Below, piece by piece: positions 20,329-30,925 of a stretch of 64,000 nucleotides of DNA. Below the pieces are notes generated by a model. The model was not told the DNA's origin. It saw nothing but the letters and a program-made list of their open reading frames with translations, and made no database searches. A program made the translations under genes and the position numbers. Within the stretch, counting starts at the first letter, position 1, and every line of letters starts with the position of its first letter. The stretch lies in NCBI GenBank assembly GCA_965115915.1, contig OZ220483.1, positions 1,211,067 through 1,275,066 of the forward strand, given 5' to 3'. Source of the stretch: Gammaproteobacteria bacterium. Lineage in GTDB: Bacteria > Pseudomonadota > Gammaproteobacteria > Eutrophobiales > Eutrophobiaceae.

Positions 20329-22482
20329 ATGGAAATACAACGGCAAAACAAGCAATTGTCACAACACTGGAAAACCGCCTTGCCGCATACCTGCCGGGGC
20401 CTTGTATTGGCGCTGTTGCTCTGCACAGGGTCCGCCTACGGCATTGTGCCCTATGTGGACCCCGCAGACCTGCGCCAGACAGAGAAGCATCAAAGCATCC
20501 TCGGCGTCGTCCACAAAATCATGCGCAATTATCACTATCTCAAATTTGAACTGGACGACGAGACCTCCGACACCATCTTGCAGAACTATCTGGAAAGCCT
20601 CGACCCTGGCCGATACTGGTTCTCCGGTGCAGACATTGAATATTTCATGCGTTATCAGTATCAGCTTGATGACATGATTAAACAGGGCGAACTCGCTCCC
20701 GCTTTCGACATATTTCTCACTTATCGAGAGCGATTGGAAGAACGCATAGCATATGCGCTCGACCTGCTGAAACAGGACTTCGACTTCACCCGGGAGGAAA
20801 ACTATCCGTTTGACCGAAAGAACACCACATGGGAAACGGATCGGGGAGCCCTGGACAGTCTGTGGAGAAAACGGGTCAAAAATGATTTTCTCAGTCTGCG
20901 ACTTGCGGGGAAAACCACACCGGATATCCGCGATACCCTGCAGAAACGTTATCGGCGTTTGCTGAACAGCACTCAACAGCTTAATAACGACGACGTTTTT
21001 CAACTCTTTGTCAATGCCTACACCACGGCAATAGAACCACATACTTCCTATTTTTCACCGCGGCATTCTGAAAATTTCGACATCAGCATGCGCCTCTCTC
21101 TGGAGGGGATCGGGGCCGTGCTGCGTGCAGAAAACGACTATACCCAGATCGTCAGGATCATTCCTGGAGGACCCGCGGATCGCAGCAATCTACTGGGACC
21201 CGAGGATCGAATCATCGGAGTTGGACAAGACACCCATGGCAAAATAGAAGATGTAATCGGCTGGCGACTGGACGACGTCGTTGACCTGATTCGAGGTCCC
21301 AAGGGGACCATTATCCGTCTGGATGTTCTCACTAAAAAATCCGGATACTCCTCCCCCAGTACCGTCATTCAACTGGTTCGTGATGAAATCAAACTGGAGG
21401 ATCAGGCGGCGTACTCCACAGTGCTTGATGCTGGAAACAGCCGTATCGGAGTGATATCGATACCCGCGTTCTACATTGATTTTGCCGGCCAGTCACGGGG
21501 TGAAATCAACTACAGAAGCTCGACTCGTGACGTAAAAAAACTCATTCTGGAACTTGAACAGCAAAACATCGATGGGCTCATCATGGATCTACGCAATAAT
21601 GGTGGCGGTTCACTGAGCGAAGCACTATCGCTGACCGGATTGTTCATTGACCAGGGCCCAGTGGTGCAGACACGCGACTCCACCGGACGTGTGGAGATAA
21701 ATATCGATCCCGAACCTGGCGTTACCTATTACAAACCACTCGCGGTACTGGTGAACAGACACAGTGCCTCGGCATCGGAGATATTTGCCGGAGCCATACA
21801 AGACTACCAGCGAGGCGTCATCATTGGAGAACCCACATACGGCAAAGGGACTGTGCAGAATATTATCGACATCAACCGTTTTATCTCAAGCAGTGACGGT
21901 GATGACTTTGGCAAACTAAAAACCACCATCGCCCAGTTTTACCGTATCAGCGGCGGTAGCACCCAGCACAAGGGGATAATTCCGGACATCATTCTGCCTG
22001 CTGGCCCCGGAGTAGAAAAACACGGGGAACGCGCTCTGGACAATGCCATTCCCTGGGATCAGGTACAGGCCGCCAAGTACGTTCTTGCTGGTGCCCCGGT
22101 AGAAAAATTTACGCTGGTACGCAAAATACATCAACAGCGGATCCTGGAGGATGAATTGTTCCAGCTTTATCTGGAGCAGATGGAATTGCTGCATGAAAAC
22201 GCAAATCGCACCGAGATCAGTCTGATGGAATCCAAGCGCAAGGCCAACAAAGAAGCCTTCGAGGAGGCCAGAAAAACCATTCTCAACAAGATGCGCCTGC
22301 TGGTGGATCTGCCAGCTCTGGCCGAGGATTCGGACGACGAAGATATCAGCGCAGAGCAACGACGGCGCGAGGAAGAAAAACTTGATGCCATATTGAAAGA
22401 GGCATCATTGATCCTCAACGACCTGATCTATCATCCATCGGACACGGTTCGTCGCAGTCTACAGAGGAAACATCCGGCATAA
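20329..22482 (+). CDS. prc: carboxy-terminal processing (tail-specific) protease Prc
   Basis: ORF 20275..22482, probable start MEIQRQ at 20329. PDZ region, S41 catalytic block DLRNNGGGSL..SASASEIFAGA, and TVQN..K dyad context. About 717 aa, as for Prc. Confidence 0.92.
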   Translation: MEIQRQNKQLSQHWKTALPHTCRGLVLALLLCTGSAYGIVPYVDPADLRQTEKHQSILGVVHKIMRNYHYLKFELDDETSDTILQNYLESLDPGRYWFSGADIEYFMRYQYQLDDMIKQGELAPAFDIFLTYRERLEERIAYALDLLKQDFDFTREENYPFDRKNTTWETDRGALDSLWRKRVKNDFLSLRLAGKTTPDIRDTLQKRYRRLLNSTQQLNNDDVFQLFVNAYTTAIEPHTSYFSPRHSENFDISMRLSLEGIGAVLRAENDYTQIVRIIPGGPADRSNLLGPEDRIIGVGQDTHGKIEDVIGWRLDDVVDLIRGPKGTIIRLDVLTKKSGYSSPSTVIQLVRDEIKLEDQAAYSTVLDAGNSRIGVISIPAFYIDFAGQSRGEINYRSSTRDVKKLILELEQQNIDGLIMDLRNNGGGSLSEALSLTGLFIDQGPVVQTRDSTGRVEINIDPEPGVTYYKPLAVLVNRHSASASEIFAGAIQDYQRGVIIGEPTYGKGTVQNIIDINRFISSSDGDDFGKLKTTIAQFYRISGGSTQHKGIIPDIILPAGPGVEKHGERALDNAIPWDQVQAAKYVLAGAPVEKFTLVRKIHQQRILEDELFQLYLEQMELLHENANRTEISLMESKRKANKEAFEEARKTILNKMRLLVDLPALAEDSDDEDISAEQRRREEEKLDAILKEASLILNDLIYHPSDTVRRSLQRKHPA

Positions 22483-22549
22483 GCAGGATCGTTGAACCCT
22501 TCGCCTTGATAAAGCAAAAATCCGAACTTTCACTTCTCGGACCTCGATA

Positions 22550-23572
22550 ATGGATACAATCCCTGCCACCCTGATCGAAGGTGATGGTATAGGCGAGGAA
22601 ATACTGGATGCCACGCTTGAAGTGCTTGACGCGCTGGGCGCCAAATTTGATTGGCATCGATTCCGGGCGGGCGAACAAGCCTGGAAAGAACACGGTGACC
22701 CACTTCCCACCGCAATGCTGGATGACATCCGGCAAACCCGAATTGCCCTGAAGTCCCCCTTGACGACACCGCTAAGCTCCGGATTTCGTTCTGCAAACGT
22801 CCGACTAAGGGAAGCATTCCAGCTTTACGCCAATGTGCGACCCGCCAAAAGCTATACCCATGATCGCAGACGATATGACAATATCGATCTGATCCTGATA
22901 CGTGAAAATACCGAAGGGCTTTATGTGGGGGTAGAGCATTTCATACCCATCGACGGGGACCCCAAGGCGGTCGCTGAGGCAGTTGGCATCATCACCCGTT
23001 CAGGTTGCCGCCGTATCGCGGAATTCGCTTTCAAACTGGCCTCCGACCAAGGCCGTAGGAAAGTCACCATCGTGCATAAAGCCAATATCCTCAAAGCACT
23101 TACCGGCCTGTTTCTGGAAACCGCGCTGGAAGTCGGCAACGATTACACTGACAAGCTTGAAATCGAGGAACGGATCGTAGACAACACCGCCATGCAATTG
23201 GTCACTAACCCACATCAATTTGATGTAATCCTGACAACCAATATGTTCGGCGACATTCTGTCGGATCAAATCGCTGGGCTTGTAGGAGGACTGGGCCTGG
23301 CTCCAGGTGCAAATATCGGCAATGATGCAGCCATTTTTGAAGCCGTACACGGATCAGCCGCGGACATTGCTGGAAAAAATATCGCCAATCCAACTGCGCT
23401 CATGCTCGCCGCGGCCATGATGCTTGAACATGTGGCCGAGCAGGAAATGGCGCAATGTCTGCGCAACGCGATAAAACAGACTTTGAGGACTGACCGGATA
23501 CTGACCCACGACCTCGGAGGGACCGTTGGCACCAAAGAATTTTCCCGTGCTGTAATTTCCCGCTTTCGCTAA
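22550..23572 (+). CDS. icd: isocitrate/isopropylmalate dehydrogenase family enzyme, short about 340-aa NAD-dependent isocitrate dehydrogenase type
   Basis: 340 aa; LIEGDGIGEEI, RSANVRLRExFxLYANVRP, IRENTEGLY, and NMFGDILSD..GGLGLAPGANIG. The length and motifs resemble the homotetrameric NAD-IDH type described in Methylococcus and Acidithiobacillus. Confidence 0.8.
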   Translation: MDTIPATLIEGDGIGEEILDATLEVLDALGAKFDWHRFRAGEQAWKEHGDPLPTAMLDDIRQTRIALKSPLTTPLSSGFRSANVRLREAFQLYANVRPAKSYTHDRRRYDNIDLILIRENTEGLYVGVEHFIPIDGDPKAVAEAVGIITRSGCRRIAEFAFKLASDQGRRKVTIVHKANILKALTGLFLETALEVGNDYTDKLEIEERIVDNTAMQLVTNPHQFDVILTTNMFGDILSDQIAGLVGGLGLAPGANIGNDAAIFEAVHGSAADIAGKNIANPTALMLAAAMMLEHVAEQEMAQCLRNAIKQTLRTDRILTHDLGGTVGTKEFSRAVISRFR

Positions 23573-24468
23573 AACAGAAAGATCATCGCGATAACACAAA
23601 GCCAGAGTATGAAAACCCGCTGTAGTATCGTATAGACCGGGACCAATCTATCCAGGGAACTCTTCAGGGAGCCAGGATCCAGTTCGGTAACCGTTGCCTG
23701 AGAACCTGTAAACTGCAGTGCCGCCGCCATACAGTCCGAAAGCAGCCGGTCACTGGAAAACAAGACCTGCCGCAGTGGAACCGACCGCTTCCAGAAAGCT
23801 ACCGGATTCCAGACATTCAGCAGATTCTGCATATCACCTACCAAAGCCAGCATCACTACCATCAAACGCGCAGGTATCCAGTTGAACAATTCTTGCAGTT
23901 CGCGCAAGGAAGTATGAAAACCACCCTCCACATCATCCGTGTCGCGACACAGTTCCAATACAACGCGGTACCAGATAACACCCACACCACCAAGCGCAAT
24001 AAACCAGAATATCGGGGCGAACATTCGCCTGATAGCCTCACCCGACAACAACGAGATACTTATCGCCTGTCCATGACGAGATGGGAAAGAGCAGGCGATG
24101 ATCGCCTCACCGGTGCTGTCCGCCAACTCCTTGTCTTCAAGCCGCAGTGCCTGAATGTGATCCCGCAATTGCCGGAACAGATCGACAGGACCCAGAGACC
24201 ACAACAAAACCAACAAAGCGAACAGTTCAGCAGCCAGCGTATGAACCCGAAATAGTAAATACCATATGAACCAATAAACCAGTGCAACCGGGACCAGACA
24301 AACCAGGACACCCCAGGGACCATTCCACCACGGTTGTGCACACAGCTTGCGCTCCACAAAATTAAAACCGAGCTTGATCCAGCCATGATCCCGCAAGGAT
24401 AGCGGTATCACCAGACAACGCTCCATGCAGCATGCTAGAAATATTTGAATAATAAGTATCGCATTCAC
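23569..24468 (-). CDS. ampE: AmpE-like inner membrane regulatory protein
   Basis: 299 aa polytopic protein immediately downstream of ampD. FAPIFWFIALGGVGVIWYR parallels E. coli AmpE LAPLFWLIVGG. The 3' end overlaps the icd stop convergently by 4 nt. Confidence 0.7.
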   Translation of the reverse strand: MNAILIIQIFLACCMERCLVIPLSLRDHGWIKLGFNFVERKLCAQPWWNGPWGVLVCLVPVALVYWFIWYLLFRVHTLAAELFALLVLLWSLGPVDLFRQLRDHIQALRLEDKELADSTGEAIIACSFPSRHGQAISISLLSGEAIRRMFAPIFWFIALGGVGVIWYRVVLELCRDTDDVEGGFHTSLRELQELFNWIPARLMVVMLALVGDMQNLLNVWNPVAFWKRSVPLRQVLFSSDRLLSDCMAAALQFTGSQATVTELDPGSLKSSLDRLVPVYTILQRVFILWLCVIAMIFLF

Positions 24469-24539
24469 GGTATGCCGACTGCCTCATTCAAAATGTACAC
24501 GGCCCACATGCAATTCAGTATATGAAAATCAATTCCTCA

Positions 24540-25130
24540 TCACAATCGGCCACACAAAGAAAAATAAAAATCCCAGGAAAAAGACTCCCCCGGATCCGTT
24601 TTCCGACCTGGAGCAACGTCCCTGTGGCCGACAACACGACTACGACAGATCGCTGGCCAACGCTCCATCAGACAGTCGGTGATCCCGGCCAAAACCCGGT
24701 ACTGGATAACAGTATAGGGTATCGTGTCGGCTCCTTCCAGTTCAATCCCGATAGAAAAATCATTACAGTTCTCCCTCCCCTGAAAGGTGGACTCACCTGC
24801 ATGCCATGCACGTGCCTGCAACGGAACAAACTGGGTAACCGAACCCATGCGATCAACAAACATATGTGCCGATACCCGCACCTCGGACAAGCTGGCAAAA
24901 TCCGGATGCGCCGTGGTGTCCAGCGTATTACAGAATAACTGTGTCACATGCGTGCCCCCGAACACACCCGAGGGCAAACTGATCCCATGAATCACCAGCA
25001 GATCAATGTCCGATGTCTCAGGCCTTGCGTCACAGTTTGGCGACAACTCCCTGCGTACTCCATGGAACCACTGAGAGTGTTGATCGATATACAGATCGTT
25101 TGTCATACAAAAACCTGTTTCCCCAGGCAA
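24540..25130 (-). CDS. ampD: 1,6-anhydro-N-acetylmuramyl-L-alanine amidase AmpD
   Basis: 196 aa; LLVIHGISLP, VSAHxxVDRxG..QFV, AWHAGxS and NDFSIGIELEG (amidase_2 fold). Confidence 0.92.
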   Translation of the reverse strand: MPGETGFCMTNDLYIDQHSQWFHGVRRELSPNCDARPETSDIDLLVIHGISLPSGVFGGTHVTQLFCNTLDTTAHPDFASLSEVRVSAHMFVDRMGSVTQFVPLQARAWHAGESTFQGRENCNDFSIGIELEGADTIPYTVIQYRVLAGITDCLMERWPAICRSRVVGHRDVAPGRKTDPGESFSWDFYFSLCGRL

Positions 25131-25423
25131 CTCCCTACCGGAACGATTTTAGCGCACCTGCCCGCATCCGTCATTTTGCATTCCGCTGACCTCTTATGCT
25201 ACACTGCGCCATCTTATTCTCAGTGTGCGACTCCATGACTTTGTTGTTTGGGATCTGAAGGCTGTCGAGCACGATCCTGTCTTGGCCACACCTGCAAGTA
25301 GTAGCTGTTGACATTTTGTGCGCCGCACAACAAACTATGCAGTGGCATGCCCTGAGGCAGAACAAATGTTCCCGCGGAGGGAAAACCCGTATTTTCATAA
25401 TCAAAGAACGGGCGGAGGTAACC

Positions 25424-26719
25424 GTGACAAGACAAGAGCAAATAGCAGCACTGGAAAAAGACTGGAATCACAATCCACGTTGGAAAAACGTACGCCGTGA
25501 CTACTCAGCAGCCGATGTTGTACGTCTGCGCGGGTCTGTGCAGGAAGCATACACTGTTGCCAGTCTTGGAGCGGAAAAACTTTGGAAACTGGTCAACGAT
25601 GAAAGCTCGTATGTCAACTGCATGGGAGCCATTAGCGCCGGTCAAGCTCTGCAACAGGTGAAAGGCGGGCTCAAGGCGATCTATCTTTCCGGGTGGCAAG
25701 TTGCTGCCGATGGCAATACTTCGGAAACCATGTATCCGGATCAATCCCTGTATGCCTACAATTCTGTGCCCTCGATGGTACGACGCATGAATAACAGTTT
25801 CCGCCGTGCAGATGAAATTCAATGGGCACGGGGCAAAAGTGATATTGACTACTTTGTTCCCATCGTTGCGGACGCGGAAGCAGGGTTTGGCGGTGTGCTC
25901 AACGCCTTTGAATTGATGAAAGCGATGATCGAGGCAGGAGCCGCTGGTGTACATTTCGAGGATCAGTTGGCTTCTGTAAAGAAATGCGGACACATGGGCG
26001 GCAAAGTACTCGTGCCTACGCAGGAGGCCATTCAAAAACTGACCGCTGCCCGACTGGCTGCAGACACCATGGGGGTCCCCTCCATCGTGCTTGCACGTAC
26101 CGACGCCAACGCGGCTGGTCTGTTGACCTCTGACCACGATGAACGTGATGCGGACTTTGTCACTGGAGAACGTACTGAAGAAGGGTTCTACATAACCCGT
26201 GCCGGGCTGGATCAGGCCATTGCCCGCGGTCTGGCATATGCACCTTATGCTGATCTGCTCTGGTGTGAAACTGCAGTACCAGACCTTGATGAGGCAAAGC
26301 GCTTTGCTGAAGCCATACGAAAAGAGTTCCCCGAACAATTACTGGCCTACAATTGCTCCCCATCGTTCAACTGGAAGAAAAATCTCGATGACGTCACCAT
26401 TGGTCGCTTCCAGCGCGAACTCGGTGCCATGGGCTATAAATACCAGTTCATCACCCTCGCCGGGATCCATAGTATGTGGTACAACATGTTTGATCTGAGC
26501 CTGGACTATATGCAACGAGGCATGTCCGCTTATGTTGAAAAGGTGCAGGAACCGGAATTCGCCGCTGCTGGAAAAGGCTATACTTTCTCCAGTCATCAAC
26601 AGGAGGTTGGTGCTGGCTACTTCGACGATGTCACCACGGTGATCCAGGGCGGAACATCATCGGTGACAGCACTCACAGGTTCAACAGAAGAAGCACAGTT
26701 TGCCACCAACAGTGGCTAG
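25424..26719 (+). CDS. aceA: isocitrate lyase
   Basis: ORF 25316..26719. The likely start is GTG at 25424, preceded by GGAGG (ggcGGAGGtaaccGTG), giving [13 protein letters not shown]. Catalytic KKCGHMGGK motif. About 431 aa. Confidence 0.94.
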   Translation: MTRQEQIAALEKDWNHNPRWKNVRRDYSAADVVRLRGSVQEAYTVASLGAEKLWKLVNDESSYVNCMGAISAGQALQQVKGGLKAIYLSGWQVAADGNTSETMYPDQSLYAYNSVPSMVRRMNNSFRRADEIQWARGKSDIDYFVPIVADAEAGFGGVLNAFELMKAMIEAGAAGVHFEDQLASVKKCGHMGGKVLVPTQEAIQKLTAARLAADTMGVPSIVLARTDANAAGLLTSDHDERDADFVTGERTEEGFYITRAGLDQAIARGLAYAPYADLLWCETAVPDLDEAKRFAEAIRKEFPEQLLAYNCSPSFNWKKNLDDVTIGRFQRELGAMGYKYQFITLAGIHSMWYNMFDLSLDYMQRGMSAYVEKVQEPEFAAAGKGYTFSSHQQEVGAGYFDDVTTVIQGGTSSVTALTGSTEEAQFATNSG

Positions 26720-27876
26720 GCACTTGGTGTCGCCGCCGCTGGATGCGGACTGAGCAACCGCTCAAGCACTGCCTGGTATATCCTGCACAGTGTCTCCAGT
26801 TCACTGATTGCCACACACTCATCTACCTGATGGATAGTGGCATTCACAGGACCAAGCTCGATCACCTCAACTCCCGCAGGGGCGATAAAACGGCCATCAG
26901 AGGTCCCGCCACCGGTAGAAAACGCTGTTTTGAGCCCAGTGTTGTCAGCAATGGCGCAACTCACCGCCTTGCGGAGTTCTCCAGCCTCGGAGAGAAACGG
27001 CTCTCCCGATAGATGCCAGTCCAATTCATAATCCAGTCCATGTTCCAACAGAATGGCACTGACACCGGCACACAGGCTATCTACACTGGATTCGGTGCAA
27101 AAACGGAAATTGAATGTCGCCCTGAGTGTGGCAGGAGTTATATTATCCACCCCATCACCGGCATGAATATCGACAATCTGAAATGACGTGGGCGGATAGT
27201 CGGAATTGCCATTGTCCCAATGTGTACGAACAAGCTCAACTAATGCAGCACCAGCACAATGGATCGGATTTTCCACCTTAGAAGGATAGGCGACATGGCC
27301 CTGCTTTCCATTCACCCGCAACCTGCCAGTCAACGAACCACGTCTGCCAATACGTATCTGATCTCCAACTGTCTCCACGCTGGAAGGCTCTCCCAGCAAA
27401 CACCAGTCCATTACAACCTGCCGTTCTTTCAACCATTGCATGACCCGACGGGTACCATTTTCCCCGGTCCCTTCTTCATCACTTGTCAGCAACAGCGCAA
27501 TGGAACCCCGATGCGCCGGGTTACGCTGAATAAAACGTTCCATGGCAATGACCATCGCCGCCAGGCTTCCCTTCATGTCAGCCGCTCCACGACCATAGAT
27601 CATGCCATCGCGCAATGCTGGAACAAACGGCAACGATGTCCAGGCATCGGATGGTCCCGGTGGTACAACATCCGTGTGGCCGGCAAATACCAGCAGTGGC
27701 GGAACATTGCCTCGGCGCAGCCAGCAATTTTCCGTGTCGGAAAAACACAGTCGCTCAGCATGGAATCCCAGCGGCTGCAACCGCTGGCTTATGATCTGCT
27801 GACAGCCTTCATCACGAGGAGTAATGGAAGGACGGCTGATCAGATCCTGTAAAAGCTCAACCAGAGATGGCATCAA
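26716..27876 (-). CDS. dapE: succinyl-diaminopimelate desuccinylase
   Basis: 386 aa; [20 protein letters not shown] and SDEEG M20-family metal ligands. Convergent 4-nt overlap with aceA. Confidence 0.95.
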   Translation of the reverse strand: MMPSLVELLQDLISRPSITPRDEGCQQIISQRLQPLGFHAERLCFSDTENCWLRRGNVPPLLVFAGHTDVVPPGPSDAWTSLPFVPALRDGMIYGRGAADMKGSLAAMVIAMERFIQRNPAHRGSIALLLTSDEEGTGENGTRRVMQWLKERQVVMDWCLLGEPSSVETVGDQIRIGRRGSLTGRLRVNGKQGHVAYPSKVENPIHCAGAALVELVRTHWDNGNSDYPPTSFQIVDIHAGDGVDNITPATLRATFNFRFCTESSVDSLCAGVSAILLEHGLDYELDWHLSGEPFLSEAGELRKAVSCAIADNTGLKTAFSTGGGTSDGRFIAPAGVEVIELGPVNATIHQVDECVAISELETLCRIYQAVLERLLSPHPAAATPSA

Positions 27877-27878
27877 TC

Positions 27879-28736
27879 TCAGAGTATTGTCTTCTCCAGC
27901 CTTAGTGTCTCCTCCAGCCGTGAATCCCTGGCATCAGCAAGGCGAAACAAGATCACCGTAGTGTCGTCCGGCTTGTGCGGCATCCCGGGCTCGGTACGCT
28001 GCATGCGGTTCCGACATTTGCTCCTTAGTCTCTTGCAATTGTCCATCAATTTCCCGGCACAGACCAGTTGAGAAATCTCTTTCTTGTAGAGATTGTCGAA
28101 CAACCCGTCACTGCCCAGTATCAATGTGTCATAAAGACCCAACTGGAACGATTTGCCAAACTCAAGCGTCATATTGGTCAGACCGACAGCGTTGTATATC
28201 ACACTGCGCTTGCTGTGAAACATTGCCTGTTCCTCGGTCAAAAATCCTTCCGACTCAGCTTTTCCGACCGGTGAATGAGGAACAATGCCGTATTTCAGTT
28301 TGCCTCTCTGCCCGGCAACCATAATTTCCGAGTCTCCAGCATGACAGGTAGTCACAGTGGCATTGCTGATAACGCTGATGGCCACTGTTGATCCCGCGTG
28401 GGGATAATCACGATGAATGACCGAGCCTGCTTTCCTGATTCCCTCAATCAGTGCGGCACGAATTTCTTCGGCCGGGTTTGCATACAGGCTTTCAACAATA
28501 GACTCCACAGTAATACGCGACGCCTCCGCACCATTGGCATAGCCACCCATACCATCCGCAACAATCAACACCGTCATCTTCTCACTAACCGATACCACGG
28601 CAACCGAATCTTCATTACCAGTGGTCTTGTTCGGCGCCTGCTCGGTATACATAACACAATGGCCAAGCGCAAGATCAAGCCCTGTGCATTCCTGCATATT
28701 GTCCCCAAACATGCTTTTCACCATGCGTATTTTCAT
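27879..28736 (-). CDS. PP2C-family (PPM) serine/threonine protein phosphatase
   Basis: ORF 27879..28811. Probable start MKIRMVKS at 28736, after the bolA stop. Motifs: EDSV, VADGMGGYANGAEAS, GSTV, HAGDSE and LGSDGLFD. Its stop is 2 nt before the dapE start. Confidence 0.85.
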   Translation of the reverse strand: MKIRMVKSMFGDNMQECTGLDLALGHCVMYTEQAPNKTTGNEDSVAVVSVSEKMTVLIVADGMGGYANGAEASRITVESIVESLYANPAEEIRAALIEGIRKAGSVIHRDYPHAGSTVAISVISNATVTTCHAGDSEIMVAGQRGKLKYGIVPHSPVGKAESEGFLTEEQAMFHSKRSVIYNAVGLTNMTLEFGKSFQLGLYDTLILGSDGLFDNLYKKEISQLVCAGKLMDNCKRLRSKCRNRMQRTEPGMPHKPDDTTVILFRLADARDSRLEETLRLEKTIL

Positions 28737-28761
28737 CCAACCCTGCTTCCGGAGAGAATTT

Positions 28762-29031
28762 TTATTGTTCCTCTGGTGTATGAGCCTGTATCCGCACCGC
28801 ATGAATTTCACCGTGCATCAAATCACCCAGCGCATCATAAACCAACCGGTGTCGCTGAAGCAGAGAACGTCCATGAAACTTGTCGGACACAATGCGCAGG
28901 GAGAAATGCCCACCTCCGGCACTGGCACCCGGATGTCCTGCATGTAGTGCCGATTGATCATCGATTTCGATCACCAATGGGGCCAATTTTCCCTCCAGGC
29001 GTTTGCGGATCAGTTCAATCCGGTCAGGCAT
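28762..29031 (-). CDS. BolA-family protein
   Basis: 89 aa; DxSxxHAGHxG...HFxLxIVSxxFxGxSxLxRHRxVY signature. Confidence 0.88.
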   Translation of the reverse strand: MPDRIELIRKRLEGKLAPLVIEIDDQSALHAGHPGASAGGGHFSLRIVSDKFHGRSLLQRHRLVYDALGDLMHGEIHAVRIQAHTPEEQ

Positions 29032-29330
29032 CAGGGGAACACCTTTTTGAAGGGCTTCACCTCGACGCTGGCATAAACACCAGCGATCGTATACGGGTCC
29101 TCATCGGCCCATTTTCTGGCTTCTTCCAGGGACGCAAACTCCGCAATGACCAGGCTTCCAGTAAATCCAGCAGGCCCCGGGTCCTCCATATCCATGGCCG
29201 GATGAGGGCCAGCGGTAAACAGTTGCCCTCTGTGCTGCAATGCCTGCAGTCTCGCAATATGCTGTGATCGAACCCGCTTACGCAATTCCAGGCTGTTCTC
29301 CCGATCAACCGCCATGATAGCGTAGAACAT
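29031..29330 (-). CDS. YciI-family protein
   Basis: 99 aa; MFYAIMAVD..RxxHxARL..G.L..AGP...G..GSLxIAEFxSxEEAxxWAxxDPY, typical of YciI-like proteins. Confidence 0.85.
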   Translation of the reverse strand: MFYAIMAVDRENSLELRKRVRSQHIARLQALQHRGQLFTAGPHPAMDMEDPGPAGFTGSLVIAEFASLEEARKWADEDPYTIAGVYASVEVKPFKKVFP

Positions 29331-29426
29331 CAGACATTTCTCCGATTAAACACCACATGAGTATCGCTCCGGCCCCTGCCCGAGCAACCAACATTCCTGA
29401 CACCCGGCACGGCTTGTCAACTACTC

Positions 29427-29987
29427 TCAAGGATCATCGTCCTGAACAATCATGTGCCTGCTGATAAACACGGCCTGTAACAGGGCGAAAATGACGGTCA
29501 AAACCAATGTCCCGAACAATTTGAAATTGACCCAGACTGCTTCCGGGAAATTAAATGCCACCAGTAGATTCAATATCCCCATGAACACGAAGAACAGTAC
29601 CCAGGCACGGCTGAGACGGAGCCAGAATGTTTGCGATAGTGAGATGCTCCCCTCCATAAAACGTTGTATCAACGGTTTATTGCCAATCCATTCGCTGGCC
29701 AGGAAAATCAGGGAAAACAACCAGTAAACCACGGTGGGTTTCCACAAGAAAAATCGTTTGTCTTCGGTCAGCAGCGTTGCCCCACCCAAAATCAGGATAG
29801 CGACCAGACTGATTAAATGCATGGACTCGAAACGCCGATAAATCAGCCACCACAAAAAAACCTGCATGCACACAGCCACCATGGCGACTGCCGTAGCAAA
29901 CAATAACCGCTGTCCTGCGTCTACCTCCGGGATATAGTAGGCGAGAAAAAAAGCGACAATCGGAAAATAGTCAAACAGTGCTTTCAT
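29427..29987 (-). CDS. yciB: intracellular septation protein A (YciB/IspZ)
   Basis: 186 aa; MKALFDYFPIVAFFLAYY N-terminus and 5 TMs. The yciB-yciI-bolA order is conserved. Confidence 0.88.
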   Translation of the reverse strand: MKALFDYFPIVAFFLAYYIPEVDAGQRLLFATAVAMVAVCMQVFLWWLIYRRFESMHLISLVAILILGGATLLTEDKRFFLWKPTVVYWLFSLIFLASEWIGNKPLIQRFMEGSISLSQTFWLRLSRAWVLFFVFMGILNLLVAFNFPEAVWVNFKLFGTLVLTVIFALLQAVFISRHMIVQDDDP

Positions 29988-30229
29988 GCGTAATTATCGG
30001 ACGGGACGGCGGTCCATAACGGATTGTAGCTGCATATGGCAGACCAAACAAGCAGACCAATAGTATTCAACACCATACCCGAACTATCCGTCACCATTTA
30101 TTATAATATGATGACAGCCCCAGACGGCGATCCGTGTATGGCCCTGGCTCAGCCCGGAGTTTGGTTGCCAACGCAATCGCCATGCTGGCAGCATCTCGAA
30201 TACAATTTGGATTTAAGGGGGGATTCCTG

Positions 30230-30853
30230 ATGATCAAACAGCTTACATTAGAACAGTACCTTGATGACCTGGGCGCCAAAAAATCAACCCCTGGGGGAGG
30301 TAGTACCGCTGCAATTTGCGGTGCCATGGGGGCCGCACTGCTTGGCATGGTGGCTCACTATACGCTGGGGAAAAAAGGCTACGAGGCGGTACAAGACGAA
30401 TTCGCGCAGATCCTGAAACGCGCAGAAGCGTTGCGAGAAGCCATGCAACAGGGAATACAGGATGACATTGATGCGTTCAATCAAGTGATGAACGCCTATC
30501 GATTGCCAAAAGGCAGTGCTGTCGAACAGGAACAAAGAACAGACGCGATACAGCGAGCATTAAAACAGGCCACTGACACCCCTATGGAATGTGCCCGCTT
30601 ATGTCGAGAAACCATGGAGCTTTGCCAGCCTTCCGCCGAAAAAGGCAGCAAGGCGGTAATCAGCGACGTCGGTGTCGCTGTGGCATCCGCCTATGCGGGA
30701 CTGAAAAGCGCAGTCCTGAATGTGCAAATAAATATCGGCAGTATCAAAGATACGACCTTTGTCAATCAGCGACAACAAACCATGGCGAAATTGCTGAATG
30801 GAGCAGACGCACTGCTTGATTCGGTTTACACTACCACCCAAAGTCGCCTCTGA
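30230..30853 (+). CDS. cyclodeaminase/cyclohydrolase (FTCD_C) family protein, methenyl-THF cyclohydrolase FchA-like
   Basis: ORF 30134..30853. Start MIKQLTLEQYLDDLGAKKSTPGGGSTAA at 30230, preceded by AAGGGGGGA. The STPGGGS motif is characteristic of the FTCD C-terminal/FchA family. Confidence 0.8.
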   Translation: MIKQLTLEQYLDDLGAKKSTPGGGSTAAICGAMGAALLGMVAHYTLGKKGYEAVQDEFAQILKRAEALREAMQQGIQDDIDAFNQVMNAYRLPKGSAVEQEQRTDAIQRALKQATDTPMECARLCRETMELCQPSAEKGSKAVISDVGVAVASAYAGLKSAVLNVQINIGSIKDTTFVNQRQQTMAKLLNGADALLDSVYTTTQSRL

Positions 30854-30925
30854 GCATGTGCCACCGGCATTCAGCCAAACCGGCGTATAGCGGGTCTCCG
30901 GATAGGCACAGACCGTCCGGAATGC

